Source: Psammoneis japonica (lineage: Eukaryota). Taken from it: a DNA stretch of 64,000 bases. This document shows positions 13,248-25,257 of the stretch, piece by piece. Position numbers and translations under genes: made by a program. Position 1 is the first letter of the stretch, and each line of letters opens with the position of its first letter. The notes under the pieces were generated by a model. The model was not told where the DNA came from and ran no database searches. It saw only the letters and a list, made by a program, of their open reading frames with translations. The DNA lies in the NCBI GenBank assembly GCA_008632985.1, contig QPGO01000087.1, forward strand, positions 62,001 through 126,000, read 5' to 3'.

Positions 13248-13531
13248 TTGTCCGTGCAACTTCTGGTTTGCACAGGGACAGATTCCTTGGATGCTTCGTG
13301 ATGGACATCTCCCTCATGGCACACACACCCAAGGGCAAGTCAAGAAAACTGCATTGTCAAGCAGAGCACAAAAGCTGCCCAGGTCACACTTCTGTTTGTC
13401 TGATGCTGCATGGACAGCAGCAAACATTGTGCCAATGTAAAGGAGGGCAGTGGCCAGCAGAACAGTTGACAGTCACCTTCCATGATTTGGTGCCATGAAA
13501 GAGCGGCACCAGAATCAGGTTGAAGCGGAGC
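13248..13531 (-). pseudogene. Hypermutated, internally deleted copy of the NIPA-like gene at 25258-26560; 3' flank homology extends to about 12500
   Basis: 13250-13320 aligns to 25240-25310, 13322-13531 aligns to 26088-26296, and about 12500-13170 aligns to about 24500-25205. Confidence 0.9.
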
Positions 13532-13956
13532 TCTCACCTCATTTGTTGTCTGTGCCGCTGTCATGTCACCATGACAATGGCAAAGGACTGAGACAATGAG
13601 AGTGTTGTTTTTACATTCTTTTATCATTTACGAGTCGCATTAAAAATGGGATTGATGCACACAGGGCTCAAAATTCGATTCAAAATTCAAAACATCACAT
13701 TACAACGGCGAGAAACAAAATAGTCGCGCTCTCTAGCTAGCGGTCACAGAAGCTCTAAGTATTATCAAGAAACGTTCGCACCAGTAATTAACGACTATGG
13801 AGCATAAAATATATTAGTGTCATTATAACTCCCAATCTAACCATCTCCAAATCGCCAACAACTCGCTTCGCCAAACAGCCAAACATCCACACCATACAGT
13901 GAGAACACCGAGAATCATCAATCATCACACTTTTTTGGTCGTAAACTTCATCAACA

Positions 13957-15219
13957 ATGGCTTTCGTTAAAGTCGTCGATGAAAATTATCCACCAGCTCC
14001 AGTGTTGCTGCTTTCGAAAAGCATAGATGTGATCTGCGGCAGCGCAAATTTTTTTCACTGCCAAAACTGGCGTGATTTGCTTCCGTCTCAGCTGTTGGAA
14101 GTCAGTGGACTGTCTTACAGAGTCGGCGATCTTTCAGAGACTTTTCCTGACACGCTCTCGTATGTGATTTTTTTGGAATCAACTGGTGCGGAGCACTCGC
14201 TCGGTAGCGTATGGAAATATGCCTTTGAGACGCCATCAACCGATTTATCGGTGGTTACAACCCCGCTCGCAATGATGGTGCTATTGTTTCTTGTGTTGCT
14301 ATTACGGGCAATTAAGGGTGTCCTTCTGCCTTACTTCTCGAGGCATGGTCGCCGAGTGGGTCGTGATACGCATGGATTGGATTGGGAGAAGAAAAACGAG
14401 GATCGCATCGTCAAGTTCGGTGAATACAGTTTTCGTCTCTTGTTCCACACGGTCATGAGTGTGGTTGGGATCTGGTATTTTTGGGACAAGGAGTGGTTGG
14501 ATGCGACCCGTGGAGGAACCAAGAACTTATTCGATAACTACCCGCTTGATAGCATTGATGTAGGGATGACTTGGTATTATTTGGTCCAATGTGCTTACAA
14601 TTTGGACGCACTTGTTTCACTCTTGGAACTTAGCTTTTCGGTCGAAAGGAAGTACCCTTTCAGTTCTGGTGGCACCTTTTCAAGTCCTGTGAGCATTGGT
14701 TGGTCCAAGACAGTTCGAGGGGACTTTCGAGAAATGGCGATTCATCATGTACTGACAAATCTATTGGTGATTGGTAGCTCTCACTTCCGTTTAACAAGGA
14801 TTGGATCATTGGTTTTTTTGGTTCATGATATCAGCGATGTATCTGTTGATCTTAGCAAACTTGCTAACTTCATGAAATGGATGAAATGCACCATTGTTGC
14901 ATTCACCAGCACCGTACTTTCATGGCTCACCCTTCGATTGGGCGTTTTCCCATTTGTTATCATCAAGTCGCTTTCCCGGGAAAGTTGGACTACGACAAAG
15001 AATTTTGACGCCAGCTGTTATCATTGTTACCTCCCATTTTTCCTTTGTTTCTGCCAGCTCCTAGCCTTTTTACATCTCTTTTGGTTCTTCACACTTCTGA
15101 AGATAGGTTGGCTCTTGTTGACCAAGGGCGAACGTCATGACTTGACTGAACATAAGAACGGGGAGACCACTCAAGATGCCGAACCACATTCTTTTGCCAA
15201 GAAGCAAGCGTCAAGCTAA
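13957..15219 (+). CDS. Ceramide synthase (LAG1/TLC family), copy 1
   Basis: KFGEYSFR, YYLVQCAY, Lag1 motif RGDFREMAIHH...RIGSLVFLVHDISD, and HLFWF. Confidence 0.9.
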   Translation: MAFVKVVDENYPPAPVLLLSKSIDVICGSANFFHCQNWRDLLPSQLLEVSGLSYRVGDLSETFPDTLSYVIFLESTGAEHSLGSVWKYAFETPSTDLSVVTTPLAMMVLLFLVLLLRAIKGVLLPYFSRHGRRVGRDTHGLDWEKKNEDRIVKFGEYSFRLLFHTVMSVVGIWYFWDKEWLDATRGGTKNLFDNYPLDSIDVGMTWYYLVQCAYNLDALVSLLELSFSVERKYPFSSGGTFSSPVSIGWSKTVRGDFREMAIHHVLTNLLVIGSSHFRLTRIGSLVFLVHDISDVSVDLSKLANFMKWMKCTIVAFTSTVLSWLTLRLGVFPFVIIKSLSRESWTTTKNFDASCYHCYLPFFLCFCQLLAFLHLFWFFTLLKIGWLLLTKGERHDLTEHKNGETTQDAEPHSFAKKQASS

Positions 15220-18200
15220 ATCGCAGGCACACATGATGCCTGTGCAATGCAGCGCATTTTGAGCAAGACTAATTGTGCCGACCGATTGCCAACAAGTCTT
15301 GGTTAAGATTACCTTTAGTTAAGAATGGAGATTAGAGAGTTTCAATTGTCGCTTAGAGCACTGGCAGCTTCAAAAGCTTTGAAGAATTGGCACACACCTA
15401 CTGCCACCACATCAGAGGGGGGGGGGGGGGGGGCAAATTAGCTGGTGCTCAATTGAATCATGCAGGTCAAACCTAGATTTTGCCTGCAGGTCGAACCTGC
15501 AGTGCAATGTGTGTCCCGGTTCATTTTAATTTGGGTTTGCCACATGCACCGGTGCGCTAAATTGACCATGCAGCCATGCCATTGTTCATGCAGCTGAGCA
15601 TGTCATTTCTGGTCTTCACATCACATGAATGGTTTTGATGCAACCCCGTTGTGCAGTGCACTCTTGTTTCATTTGTTGATTGCTGTTCGCACCCCTTTCC
15701 ACACTGGCAATTGGTTGTTTCTTGTCTCATCTTTCATTGTAAATCATTGCCAACAGCAGAGTGACCACACTGTCATCTGCAATGCTTCTGCACACCACAG
15801 CTGCTCTTCATTGATGTCACCATTGTCCTTCATTGTCATCTCATTGCCCACTGTGTCCATTGTGGCTCCCAGGCTGTCAAAGCATTCCCAGAATTCCTTG
15901 GACCACACTTCATTGAATTGCTCTGCACCCTTGCTCATTCTCTTCTTGTGTGCATGTCTTCTTCCCCAACTCTCAGCACCTGTTGAGTCCTTGTTTGTTC
16001 TAACCTTGGTTCCTTCTTGCTTGTTTTCCTTTTTCAGCACTGCACTTTGAGGCAGGAATGAGTCTCTTGTCCTGGAGCTCTTCCTTGGTTTCCCAATGGA
16101 TGTGTGCCCACCTGCCCCAATTGTTTTCTGATGCCAACAGACCAAATGCCTCTTCGCTTGCGAACACCAGCTTGCTCAAACAATGTCACATGGTCTTTCC
16201 AATGACGATGGGTGTGAAATGGTGGGTGCAGCATCTGCGAGCCTTCGTGCCATTCCTCCTCTCCAGCATTTCTTCCAAGGATGGCATCTGCTCCTTGTCA
16301 TGATCCAGCTGACCTGATTGTTCATGAGGTGCAACAAGGCAATGCAAGTTGGTGTTTTTTTTGTCAATGCTCTGCACTTCCTCTTGCAATGACATTTGCG
16401 GAAGAATTCCTTTTTTGGCTCTCCACAGGCATGGCTCCGCTTTTTTCTTTTTTTTGTCACACCTTGTCCTTTGGCATGTCCCACGTCCATGCCCTGTTGA
16501 CTTGTGGCATGTTGATCTCAGACAAAACAATCCTTGCCACCCTTTTCTTGTGGCCCCTTGCAGCCTTTTTGTTCAGAAACTTGTGCTGATGGAAAAGTGT
16601 GTTCTTGCTGCAGTTTTCCAAAACAATCTTGCCCCTGTCACCCACTCATGTTGTTGTTGAATCATTTTTTCTTTCATTTGTCACTCATTGCATTCAGCCC
16701 TTCATTTGCAATGGAGGTGGTGAGAGTCCTGTTTGTCACAACCCCTCCATTTGTTCCCTGGTGCTCTGCCATTGATGCGGGTGCATCTGTTTCTGTTTCT
16801 TGTGCTCTCCCTGTTGTGCCTGCTTGTTTCACAATCCACTGCACTGTCAGCTGGTTCAATTCAAGCAGTGTGAGCAGCTTGCACTTTGTTGCTTGCCTCT
16901 TTTCTCTCATTGGGCTTTGGGGTGGTTGGTTTTGCCATGCAGTTTGTCTTGGCAGCATGGCACTGTTTGCATTTTTTCTGGTTTCTGGAGAAGCAAGACT
17001 TTTGTTGTTCTGGGATGCATTGCAGTCACAGCACTGCCATGTGCTGCATTTGTTTGCAGATGCAACTGACAACCTTGCACTGGAACCTGCTGTCTTGTGT
17101 GTCCCTTCTGCAATTTTCAAATCTGTTGTGCATTGTGATTGGTCAATTGTTTTGAAACCAAAACACCAACACACATGCACACATGATGCAACATCCATTC
17201 AAACATGATGTCTGTCATTCATTTGCTCATGACTCCACCTTGCCACCGCATGTCACTGCACTCTTTTTCTGCACATGAGGCTGTGCAGTTTGTCCAACAT
17301 GTGGCAACAAATCATCTCCCAATTTGTTCCACTGGGCCTGCTGTTGCACACCTCTGGCTGGTGCATTCTTCTGTGGTGCACCACAATGTTGTCTTCCATT
17401 TTGTTGTCCAGGTTGGAGAGGCACCTGTCCAACTTTTGCCAGTCACATTGTCATGGTGTTGTGGCCATTTTGGTGATGGGGAATGTGCAACAGACAACCA
17501 TCCTTCTGTCACATTCAAGGAGCTTCCCATGGTGTTGGACAAAGCTGAGTTCAAGAAACATTTCAGAGTCATCTGCTTGCTTCTGTTGCATCTTTGCTCC
17601 ATTCTCACAAGAGCAGCACAACCATCATGGACAAATTCAACTAGGACAAAGCACCTGATTTAACATGTTTTTGGATGTCAACACTGACGTGCTCAGCCCA
17701 GACAATGCTGGTTCATCCATGGATTCATTGACACACTTTTCTTGCAAAATGACAGCACATCTCCTGCTCTTCATTGTTGTTGTGGGCTCTGCCTTGCAAC
17801 ATTCAATTGTCCACAGCAGCAGTCCTTTCCTCCCCTGATGCATCTGTTGTCAGGAAGTCACCATTGATCAACCCCCCAGAGTGCAACAAATCACTGTGGC
17901 AAAGGGAAGCTCTGAACAAGAACTGCCTGCACAAGAGGGGTGTTGGCAACCTTTTGCATCATGGATTGGACTGCAGTGTGCAATCATGCCAAAACAACAG
18001 AGTGCTGCAATGAAGCTTCCTTTTTTGTGGGACAGCTGCGTGCTGTTCATTCAAAGCAACCAAAAATGGGAAGTGGAAAAACCCATTGTCGTGGACAATG
18101 CAAAGTTGGACATGGTCCATGACACACAATTGGATGCATCCATCAACACTGGTTCAAGGGGGCTGCCATCAGCTTGTTGGGTGTGGATTGCTTGTCCTTG

Positions 18201-19277
18201 CATGACACTCAGCGGAGCTGTTGAAATTAACCAAGAAGAGTGTGGGTGGAACAGATGAAAAAAAAACTTTCTGCAAAAGGAAAGAAAGCAGACAAAAAGT
18301 CCAAGAAAAGCCAAGTCCATTTTGGGAACAGGAACAATCCAAGGTTGAGTGGTCTTGTTGTTCACACTCCCAGAAACATGGACATGCACAGGTTTTGCTC
18401 AGTGAAGCTGATCCAAAAGTGTTCAGAAAGCAAGGACAAGGACATGACAGAGTCCACCCATGTCATCATTGAGCATTTGGGTGAGTCAATGCCAACACCC
18501 TCTGCAAGATCTGGTGTTTGCATGTGAAGAGCTGACACAGAGTGGCAGAGGAAGTGGCAGAAAACCACCAGAAATCTTCGCAGAAGGGCAAAGGAGTTGC
18601 CAAATGGAGACCAAGCATTGTGCTCTGCTGTGGATGACATGCTGCACAGCACCCTCATGGTTGGAAGTGGCTGCAGGGGTGGGTTGCCGAAATTCATGTC
18701 AACAGCTGCATTGCTTCCATGCAATGGAGAGGTTTGGCAGACTTCTGTTGCAACCTCGCTGGTGACAATGCAAACATTGTCCTTCTTGTGTGTGTGTTCC
18801 AGTTGCAAGTGGCATGTTGCAACCCATCTAAATTTTGCAATGGGCAAAAACCACAAGTTCCTTTCATGCTGGATTGTTTTGTCATGGAGCAGCTCATGTG
18901 GGGACTTGCCCAACTCATTTGAATGACTTGTTCAACCGTGCAAGTGAAATGACAAAATTGCTTGTGCCAAAGCCAGAGTGGACATGTGAGTGTGACAATG
19001 ACAGTGGTTGTCTTTTCATTGCTTGGTGCACCAAGCAAAACTTGCCAATGGTGCATGCAGAACCTCTCATCTCTTTGTGGTGAAGATTGGAAATGGACCC
19101 AATGACCCAATGAGTGTTGGTTCAGACAAGGATTGGTTCAATCTTCATGAAAAGTTGGATGAGATGGAACCAATTCATGATTTTGGTGAGATGTCAAAAA
19201 TTGTGTAAACAGAAAAGAGATGATCCCAACAACAATGGAACAGTGCTGAAAAAAAAACAGATGCTGTCACCACAGCA

Positions 19278-19867
19278 GTTGGAATGCTTCGCCAGTTGCA
19301 AAACCAGAAGGGATCAAACTCTGCTGGGGTGGTGGATCCCTGAGCTTGGGACAAAAACACATTGTCGTTGTTGCCTGAGTCACTCGGCTCCATTTGGTGG
19401 TCATTTGTCTTGTCCTTGTCCTGTGCAGAGAGTGGGAAATCAATTTGTTCCACAGGGACAAGGCCACCATTGCTTGTTCTTTCATTGCAGCACAAAAAAT
19501 CAAGAGTGGGTCTGACCAGCATTCCATTGCCAGTGCTCCAGTCCTGCTCCCATGGTGGCAGCTGGCTGAGTTGGAATGCTGCCAGTTACAAAACTAGAAG
19601 GCATCAAACTCTGCTGGCAGTGGATCCCTGAGCTTGGGACAAAAACACATTGTCGTCATTGCCTGGGTCACTTGGCCCCATTTGGCGGTCATTTGTCTTG
19701 TCCTTGTCCTGTGCAGAGGGTGGGAAATCAATTGGTTCCATGGAGACAAGGCTGCCATTGCCTGTTCCTTCATTGCAGCACAAAAAATCAAGAGTGGGTC
19801 TGACCAGCATTCCATTGCCGGTGCTCCAGTCCCCAGTCCCCACTCCCATGGTGGCAGCTGGCTGACT
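19278..19867 (+). repeat. Tandem duplication of about 290 bp
   Basis: tggatccctgagcttgggacaaaaacacattgtcgt...cagcacaaaaaatcaagagtgggtctgaccagcattccattgcc...cccatggtggcagctggctga occurs twice in tandem. Confidence 0.9.
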
Positions 19868-22800
19868 TGGTTCTTCCAAAGCATTGTTCAACAAATGATG
19901 TGCTGGTGGCCCACACACACAATTTGGTTTTCTGGCATCATTCAGGGTGCCATTCAATGCCCTGGTGGATGAGATGACAATGTTCTTGTGACACTTCATT
20001 GAAGAGAGAACATCCTGAGCAGCACACTTTTGCTTCAAATGTGACAACAGAACCTTTGTGATGAAACGATTTTTGCAGACGAGAGTGTTTGTGTCATCAG
20101 CATTGTCTGCACCAGCCTGCTGGCCACTGTTTTCAGGTGCAGTGGGCACCTCAGCAAGGTTTTGCAGGTTGTCAATCAAATCATCACAGTGACCCGGGAA
20201 CACACCAGTGAGGAGAAACTTGACACAGATCAACTGTGTGAGTGCCTGTGGCACAGCACTGTTCATGACATGGCGCACAGTTCACCCAGCATTCTTGTCA
20301 CAGATGGTGGCACAGCTCTGGTCAAGGTCACACATTGGTGTTCAAGTGTGATGCAGGCAGACAGCAGCCACAAAAGACACAGGAAAAACTCCACCCACAA
20401 AGATGGAGCCAATCTTCCAAAGTGTGGCAGGTTTTGCAGAGACGGGCTGCATCACAACAACAAGCCACAGCTTTGTGTTCTTCATCCACAAATTTGACAC
20501 CAGTGTCACAAACAAGTTCAGAGGAGTGCACTGACCCATTGAAGACAGATCACAGAAGAAATGCTGTCACAAAGTTGGGAAAAGAACCTTCACAGAGGAG
20601 CAGCACCTCAACAACAACAACAATGTCACCTTCAACATCTGGATGGGCAGTGTGCACATGGCTGTGTTGGTTGAAGATGCTGTCCAGGGCAGCTGAAAAC
20701 AAGGCACTGCTGGCCTTTGGCAGGAGAATGTGATCAATTTGGGATCAAAAATGAGCTGCAAATGCGTTTCAACAGACAACACCATGGGGCCTGCCTTCTC
20801 CCAAAACTTTGCATGAATGGAAGGAGCGTTGCAACAACCAGTCTTCTTGTCTGTGAAAACACATTCCTCAGACATCATTGCAAAGGGAGACTCAGAGTTT
20901 ACACCAGCATCAAGGAGTGATTGGAAATTCATGGTGTTCCCTGTCTCTTGTTTTGATGGAAAACCAAGAAAAAAGAAGGGCTTGACCAACCTTTGAGCTC
21001 CCCACTGTTTTCACAAGGTTGGACTCCAAATTGTTCATTTTGCTGACATGAGGACACGTTTTTCTGAGCTTTCTGGAGAGATGCTGTCATGGTGCTGGCG
21101 GCAGTGATTTTTCCCCCTTGTTGGCATTGCACTTGCTTGGCAAAAGGTTGCAGAGCTTTTCCTGTTGGTTTCTGCACAGGCCATGCATCCACCAGTGAAA
21201 CAACAACAGCCACATTTTGCAATCCTTGTGGGACAAGTTGTTTGGGTCAAGAGCGTGCATTTTGCTTGGATGCTTCTAGCAACTCAGCATCCTTGAAGGA
21301 AGGAACTTTGTCACAATGCATGAGAAATTTGAGACATTTGGGTGGAAGAATGGCCAGAGAGAATGCAAGCAATCTGCCACATTGGCAGCAGTGGCAGCTT
21401 TGTTGTTGATGGAGGCAGCAGTGACAGCAGCTGCTGGGTTGTTGGCAGGTGCTGTGGTGGCAGTGGCTGGTTGTTGGCAAGGGCTGATCCTGAGTGGCTG
21501 CATGAGAGGCCAAGCTTGAGAGGCAAAGTTTGAGATTGGCCACCCTTGCCTTTGCCACCATGGCCATGACCACCGGCATTGGAATGGTTGGCACCACAAC
21601 TGCCTGCATCTCCATGAGAGTTCTTGTCCTTGCAGCACACCATTGTGATGATGCACCAAAAAGCAAATTTGGTTGTGAGGGCATCAACTGGTTGGGAAGA
21701 TTGAAAAGATGGCACCTGAAGTCCCAGAACAATTGAAAGAAGATGGAGCAAGCCAGCATGACTATGAAAATTTCCATCTCAACAAGAACACATTGATGTG
21801 ACAAAAAATGAGACATTGACCTGCTGCGGACACAAATGCAATGAATCTCACTCAAGCAGTCCTTCACACACAGCTGTGAATTGCATGACATCTTGTGAAT
21901 CAAAAATGTTAAATTGGTGCAAAACCTCAACAACTTGACAATTCATTCAAGTCATTTCAAATTGTTCAAACCTTCAAAAGTGAGTGTGAACATGGAATTT
22001 TGAAACAAAAATGCCATTTGCAAAGCAACACAGACAGCAATCACCAGGCAGACATGCTCAACATTGCCACAAAAAGAAATCACCATTGCCTCACAAGACA
22101 CAAAATACAACACACAGGACTCATCCAACATCTTGACAACAATGACAGTGTGGGAAGGCAGTGGCAGAGCAGAGTGCAGGCACAATCCGAGGAAGAAAAT
22201 GTGGGCACAAGGTGAGAGAGAGAGGAAGTTGCAAACTGTTGACTCTCCTGCCAATCTTTCCACTCAGACACATTGACATGCAAGAGGAGCCAGAAGGGAA
22301 GAAGATGATGCTGGGATGCCACAAAAGTGAGCAGAAGCACCATGTGCACCAAGCTGATTAAAAAAAAGCACATGCAAAACTCTGATCTGTTGCACACTCT
22401 TTTCTCTTCTTGCAGCCAATGATTTGGCCACCCGAACATGACAAACAAAAGAGAGGTCACAATGTAGAGTGAATGGCGATCATGGAGAGCAGTTGTGAGG
22501 GACAACACCATGACTGCAACAGGATTCCATCATTGTGCAGACAGCCAAGGGCAATGGGAGCACTGGTGGAAGATGTGGCAAAATGATGGGGAAGAAAGAG
22601 CAGGAAACAGGAAGCAAAGAAAGCAGATTCAGTGCAGAAAAAATGAATTGCAACAGGTGCAAATCAAATTGCACATGTGCAGCACCACACAGCCAACACA
22701 CAAGCACATCAATGAGATGAATGAATGTTGTTGTTGTTGTCAGCAATGAGCAGTGTTGGAAATTTGTTGCAATTGTGCGGTTGTTCAGAAGAATCAATTG

Positions 22801-22999
22801 CAAGCCACAAGTTTTGTTCATTGTCATTTCCTGCTTTGCTGAGGATGACATTTGTTGCAAACAGAAATTGAGTCATGTCAAAACAATTCTTAATGTGCAC
22901 ACAGATTGTCTTGTCAAGATGACATGCATTGCAGGGCCAACTGACATTGAGCATCACCTCCTGCTTTGCTGATCACATCAATTGTGAGTGGCCCTGCAA

Positions 23000-24070
23000 T
23001 CGCAATGAATTGGCCCTTGCCAAGCAGACAGCATTTTGATCTGGTGCAGATGAATTCTGAGCAAGAGCAACAACATTTTTCAGACAAGAAAGCTGTTGAG
23101 GGTCTGGCAAAAGAGGGTGGGACAAGGTTGTGTGGGGCTGGGACAATGTGGGTGACAACACAACTGAGTGCAGAAGCCTCAAAGATTGAATGGGTGCATG
23201 ACACCATTGACAAGTCGGGATGACAGGCAGATGGCTGCACGCAAAGAACCACAAGGAAGATTGGCAAGCATGTCAGAAGAATGTTTGGCCCGGAGATGCA
23301 GCTGCTGGTGTCCCTGAGGCAGGAGAGCACACCAAAAGAGCCAGAGCATCCATCGGGAGACACTGCATTAGAGAAGGACAAGGCAATCTGGGGCAAGCAA
23401 TGTGATCACTGTGCAAAACATAGTGTGATCTACAAGATGCAGAAGGCAAAGGTGTTTGGTGAAAATGTGGGACAGTGCACAAACATGCCATTCATCACAA
23501 GGTTGAAGGAGTGACAGAGTTCACAAGAGTTGCAAAGGAGTGGAATGTGGTGGCACTGTTGGAAATTCTCAAAGACCTTGTTTGATGCAAATGAGAAGAT
23601 GTGCTGCTTGCATGTTCAGGTGGTCAAGGCTTGGAAGCGCTTGGTGCTCATTCATCAAGATGAAGGAGAGTGACTTCAAGATTGTTGTGATTGGTTCATT
23701 GGTGTTGTTGAGATGGTGGAAGGGTCCTGCGGCAGGATCATCCTGGAAGGAATTGCCAAGAAAGCAGACAGGTTCAGCTGGGATGCTGATGACACCCAGA
23801 AGAAAGAAAAGAACAAGTTGTCAGTGGTGTTGCCAATGGAAGGTGCCAAGGAATGTTGGCATGTCTTAAAAGGCCTGGATCAACAGTTTGCACTGGGGGC
23901 TGACAATTGCCCCAATTCAGCCAAGGAGGCATTGCAGGTGTTGAACATGCATGGTGCCAATGAGAAACCTGAGAGGGTGCAAGTTTTGCACAAAATGAGA
24001 AGAAGCAGATCAAATGCTGGAAATGTGGAAGGCTGGGCATGTGAAAAAGGATTGTGCTTTGCTCAATGAT
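23000..24070 (+). mobile_element. Degenerate Ty1/Copia (diatom CoDi-like) gag relic
   Basis: Fragments EKDKAIWGKQCDHC..KAKVFG..GQC and LDQQFALGADNCP.SAKEALQVL resemble diatom Copia gag (W.KQYD.Y; G.DNYP) with Tyr replaced by Cys. Recognised from memory, not from a search. Confidence 0.6.
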
Positions 24071-25257
24071 GACAACAATGATCATTGCAATTGGAGTTGA
24101 GTGATGCAGGCCACAGGATTTGGTGTGGCAGTTGAAGTGGTGTTTGGCATGGTTTCCAAGTGTCATGCTCCTGTGCTTGGTGCATGTGAGGTCAATCTGT
24201 GGATGGCTTGCATGAAGGAGTGTGTTGGAACATTGGGGTGAGAGGCAGATTTCAAATAACAGACAGACAACAATGCAGTGTGCAAGATGTGTGGATGGCT
24301 CTCTGGGTGATGTGGTGAATTTCTGCTTGCAACTCAGGTTGAGTTGCATGTCTTGTGCTCACTTTTTAGCTTCTGCACCCACAGTCAACATGACAACAGT
24401 GGTCAACAACATTGGGAATGTGTTTGCAAGCCATGTGGTGAGTTTGGGGTTGGCATGACACCAAGTGTCTGTCAGTCGGCAAGCCATGAAACTCCAACAC
24501 CACTTGCTCCCAAATTTAAAGGTGGGCTGCAGCATGAGACAAGTGGAAAAGAGGAGGAATGCTTGAGTTGGCATTGTGATCTTGACAAGCTTTGTGGAAG
24601 ACTGGACTGGCACAAGCATTTGAAAGACCCTGCTTTTGTCCCAGCCCACAGGGGGGCCCACATGATCAATGTGGCTGAAACTGAGAGCAGTGTGCAAACA
24701 ATGGAAATGACAGAGATCAGGGAACATTTGCAACATCTCACAAGTCAGAGAAACACCTGTGTCAGTGAAGGCTTGCCAGGTGACAGCAAACAATGTCCCC
24801 ACCCACAACTTGAAGAATTGACATTGGCTGCTGAGCTTGGACAATGAAGGGATTCTAGCCTCTGTGTTTTTTAAACAGATTGGCCCTTTCTGCTTTCCAT
24901 GATTTATTCCTGAAGGCTCAAAAAGCCCTGAATGGGTGGTGATCTTGTGGCCACCACCATCCTGCAATGGCAGAGTTCTTGCACAGAGGACCCTTCAAAT
25001 CTCCCCCCCTTGTCCTTCACATTAGTCTGTGATTCCTTTGAAGGACGTTGTCACTCATCATTCTTCACCAAAAAACAGCGCTTGATCGGGCAAACATCAA
25101 ATGGCACAATGATGACTTGCAGAATGCACTAATGTTGAGTACAATAAGCTTATCGTAGCAAGGCAATGGAACCTGGAACTGTTCTATTTTAATTGAGAGA
25201 ATCTAAACCAGGAGTTCGTCACATGAACGACTTCAACTCATCCGTGTAACTTCTGGT

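Larger units (their letters stand above)
9190..13620. repeat. CpG- and TpA-depleted degenerate block A (repeat relics plus a pseudogene)
   Basis: Very few CG or TA dinucleotides and a TG/CA excess. Only short Cys/His-rich, Tyr-poor ORFs. Contains internal repeats. Confidence 0.8.
15360..25130. repeat. CpG- and TpA-depleted degenerate block B (transposon relics)
   Basis: About 9.8 kb almost free of CG and TA. Contains a Copia gag relic and a tandem duplication. A poly-G run lies near its left edge (15417-15433). Confidence 0.85.

Noticed and set aside
18360..18915. Reverse transcriptase motif (WVDS as a mutated YVDD)
   Set aside because: The surrounding residues do not convincingly match RT, so it cannot be supported without an HMM search.
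9300..25130. Numerous short Cys/His-rich ORFs as metal-binding peptides
   Set aside because: They overlap in all six frames and are explained by loss of TA-containing stop and Tyr codons.
15360..25130. Alternative genetic code or foreign contaminant DNA
   Set aside because: The blocks include mutated copies of sequence from this same locus and grade into host genes, which use the standard code.
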